This document shows, in pieces, positions 61,690 through 64,000 of a DNA stretch of 64,000 nucleotides. The position numbers were made by a program, and so were the translations under genes. The DNA comes from an uncultured delta proteobacterium (GTDB lineage: Bacteria > Myxococcota_A > Polyangia > Polyangiales > Polyangiaceae), in assembly GCA_963850305.1 (NCBI GenBank), contig CAWKKR010000006.1, forward strand, positions 160,001 to 224,000, written 5' to 3'. Every line of letters starts with the position of its first letter. Within the stretch, counting starts at the first letter, position 1. Below the pieces are notes generated by a model. That model made no database searches, was not told the DNA's origin, and was given only the letters and a program-made list of their open reading frames with translations.

Positions 61690-63360
61690 CTAGGGGGGCG
61701 TTTCGATACGCTGACGTGACACGAGCAACGCTTGCGACGACCCTGCGCTGGCTCGCGCTTCAATTCGAATTGCCAGGGGAGTCGTGGTGCCGAGAGAACA
61801 CGCGGTGGCGAGTGCAGAATAGGTGCCCCGAGAGAACGCTACCTCGCTCTTGTCGTCCGAGTTCACGAGGCGCAAATCGGCGCCCTCCGCGCCTGAACTC
61901 AAGCCGAGAGCGACGTCCACGCATCGCCCCGCCGGGATACGCAACTCGTCCGCAGAAGTCGTCTCCGGCGAGAGAGTGAGCACGCGAACCGGAAGAGCTT
62001 TGCTCGAGACATCCAGTCGTCCAGCCGCATCAAGTCGCATCAGCGCACGGGCCGCCGCAACAGGGTGGTCACGGAAAATCGCGGGGGCGTCGAGAGTCGG
62101 ACGGACCTCAACGGCGAAGGGCCCGGCGCGCACAGCCGACTCGATGTCCACGCGAGCCCGCCCGGACTCGCACCCGAACAACGTGGCCCGTGCCCCGCCA
62201 TCATCGTGGGCGACGAGCGAGCCTCGCGCGGACCATAGCCACGCCTCGACGCCGGTGGAGGGCGCGCCCGGGACCACGTCGACGCGCGAGCAGCCTGCCG
62301 GCAAATCGACATCCAGACTCGATCGCTTTCCAACGACCGTCGTACCCGTCCGGATCGAAACCGGAGGAGCATACCCCTGCCGTGAAAGCGCGCCGGCGAG
62401 TGTGCGCTCAGCCTGGTCGAGTGAAGTCGGAGGGTTCGGGTTTCGGAGAATGACGGTTCCAGGTGCGTCCAGGGATTGAGGATCATCGACGAGGGACGTG
62501 ACGACCGCCGCGAGGCCGCGGCCTGCGCGTGCCTGGAGCTCCAGCGTGATCTCGGCGGGCACCTCCGAGCAGACGACTGCTGCCTGCACGCCGACGTCCG
62601 ACGGCGCGCGGCCGAGGATGCGGCCTTCGGAGTCGAGCACGGTGAGCTCTAGGAACGCTACCTCGTCCGAGGGAACCACGAGAATGTCGACGCACTGGTG
62701 TGATCCGACCGACGCGGAAATTCGGGTCGGCATTCTGGGGTCGACGGGCACCGCACTGCGCTGAACGTCGCGAAACTGGCCTCTGAGCTGTTGTCTGTGC
62801 AAGCCGATTGCAGCGTCGAGGCCGGGCCAGCCGTCGTCATTCAGCCGCTCCTGGCCAGGTGTTCCCTCCACGCCCATCGCGCTAGCCACGATGTTAGCCA
62901 ACCGGGGTGCGACCATTTGCATCGATACGGCAAACAGGCCATGCCCCGACGCAACCCGTCCGAAAGCGTACAGGCGTTCTGGGTGTGGAGGACAGATCAC
63001 GACGTTAGCGGTCCGGTTCGAAGTCTCGTCTTCGCCGAGGACGGTGCCGTCGTCCGAGTAGACGAACAGATCGAGATCCTCGACGGCCTTCCCTCCTCTT
63101 GCCATGAAGAGAGCGCAATCGACGTTCGTGACGGTCGCTCGTCCGCCGAGATTGTCGCCCGGCGCGCCGGCGCCTGTGGCCAAGATCGCAAATGGTCCCG
63201 CGCCGGCAGCGCGCGCCCTCGCGGCGTCCGCGGCGATGAGTCGAGCACCTTCGGATTCCAGTGGCTCCTGTCCGGGAACCCGCGGATAAAGTGTGGCGCC
63301 GCGGGGTCGCGCGCACCCGACGACGAAGGCGACCAGCGCAATCGCGCCGACGAGTCTCAC
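61690..63360 (-). CDS. Lipoprotein with about four Cys-bracketed beta-sandwich repeats
   Basis: GTG 63360, VVGC lipobox; C...DLDLFVYSDDG...C type repeats. Confidence 0.75.
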   Translation of the reverse strand: MRLVGAIALVAFVVGCARPRGATLYPRVPGQEPLESEGARLIAADAARARAAGAGPFAILATGAGAPGDNLGGRATVTNVDCALFMARGGKAVEDLDLFVYSDDGTVLGEDETSNRTANVVICPPHPERLYAFGRVASGHGLFAVSMQMVAPRLANIVASAMGVEGTPGQERLNDDGWPGLDAAIGLHRQQLRGQFRDVQRSAVPVDPRMPTRISASVGSHQCVDILVVPSDEVAFLELTVLDSEGRILGRAPSDVGVQAAVVCSEVPAEITLELQARAGRGLAAVVTSLVDDPQSLDAPGTVILRNPNPPTSLDQAERTLAGALSRQGYAPPVSIRTGTTVVGKRSSLDVDLPAGCSRVDVVPGAPSTGVEAWLWSARGSLVAHDDGGARATLFGCESGRARVDIESAVRAGPFAVEVRPTLDAPAIFRDHPVAAARALMRLDAAGRLDVSSKALPVRVLTLSPETTSADELRIPAGRCVDVALGLSSGAEGADLRLVNSDDKSEVAFSRGTYSALATACSLGTTTPLAIRIEARASAGSSQALLVSRQRIETPP

Positions 63361-64000
63361 GGAACGACCTCGCCCAGCCTGGTTCGCCCGGCGGCCCACA
63401 TGCCGAGCACCCACGACGGCACTCCGTCTCCACGGACATCGACATCCAGGCTCGCGTGCTCCTCGGCACCGACGCAGAACGCCACGACCGCCGCGAGAGA
63501 CGTGTCGTCCGTGTGGGAGATGGCGCTTGCCGCTCCGGCGGTCGCCTGAAGCGACGCGAACCGCACACCATCTTCGAGTGGCGCGAGTCCTGCGAGGTAG
63601 CATTCCCCGGGCACCGTTTCGATCCGGATCCGGTCGATGAACCCCGCGCCAAGGGATTCAAACACGGGCGAGCCGCTCAACGAGTGCACGTTGAGCTGGT
63701 CGAGGGCCTTGGCCATGCGAGCTCGTGGTGCCGGGCCCCAGCGCTCAGGCAACCCGACGGGCAGCTCTTGTCTAGCCCGAATGACGAGCACGGGAGCCTT
63801 TGGGGCGCTGCCCGCAAACGAGAGCATCGCAAAGGTGTGACGCGCCGTGCAGGCGAAGAGCGTCGCGTCAGGACTATCCGTGCGGTCGGCTGCTGCCGTG
63901 TCCCCGGAAGTCCAGTCGAGTTCGGCGTCTATATCCCGAGAAGAATCGTCCTTGGTGGCGACGGCGAGCGCCGCGATGTGGTGGCAGCCGGGGGCAAGAT
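63357..64000 (-). CDS. Related repeat protein (5' end beyond window)
   Basis: Frame open to window edge; LAPGCHH and VPGECY repeats like the downstream gene; GTGA overlap. Confidence 0.7.
   Translation of the reverse strand, partial: LAPGCHHIAALAVATKDDSSRDIDAELDWTSGDTAAADRTDSPDATLFACTARHTFAMLSFAGSAPKAPVLVIRARQELPVGLPERWGPAPRARMAKALDQLNVHSLSGSPVFESLGAGFIDRIRIETVPGECYLAGLAPLEDGVRFASLQATAGAASAISHTDDTSLAAVVAFCVGAEEHASLDVDVRGDGVPSWVLGMWAAGRTRLGEVVP

Noticed and set aside
1..64000. tRNA, rRNA, prophage or integrase
   Set aside because: None recognised by eye; no covariance search was run

Overview
High-GC chromosomal window that looks myxobacterial (Polyangiaceae/Sorangiineae-like), inferred from Pkn kinases, Gly-linker lipoproteins and PEGA, VWA and RCC1 proteins. 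It holds about 50 genes: pgi, an AICARFT-only purH, two Ser/Thr kinases, two sulfatase-like proteins, WS/DGAT, queG, a Gld-like ABC system, a sigma54 operon (aurF-like, kinase, regulator), a menaquinone cluster (menG-F-D-H-A...C-E, no menB) and a UvrD helicase. The most notable items are: (1) two same-orientation copies of an unnamed hairpin element bracketing the men cluster, an empty ~350-bp copy at 44.3 kb and a ~1.24-kb copy at 55.3-56.5 kb carrying a four-helix-bundle (Avd/IVS-protein-like) gene and an ISAs1 fragment; (2) a four-lipoprotein operon with a di-haem MauG/CCP enzyme and two FN3-stalked c-type cytochromes; (3) a 21/42-bp heptad array and a 70-bp multi-hairpin array; (4) an ISKra4-family element whose 9-bp target duplication is the start of a lipoprotein gene. 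Six single-base frameshifts, mostly at homopolymers, are probably long-read assembly errors. All calls are from manual motif recognition; no searches were run.
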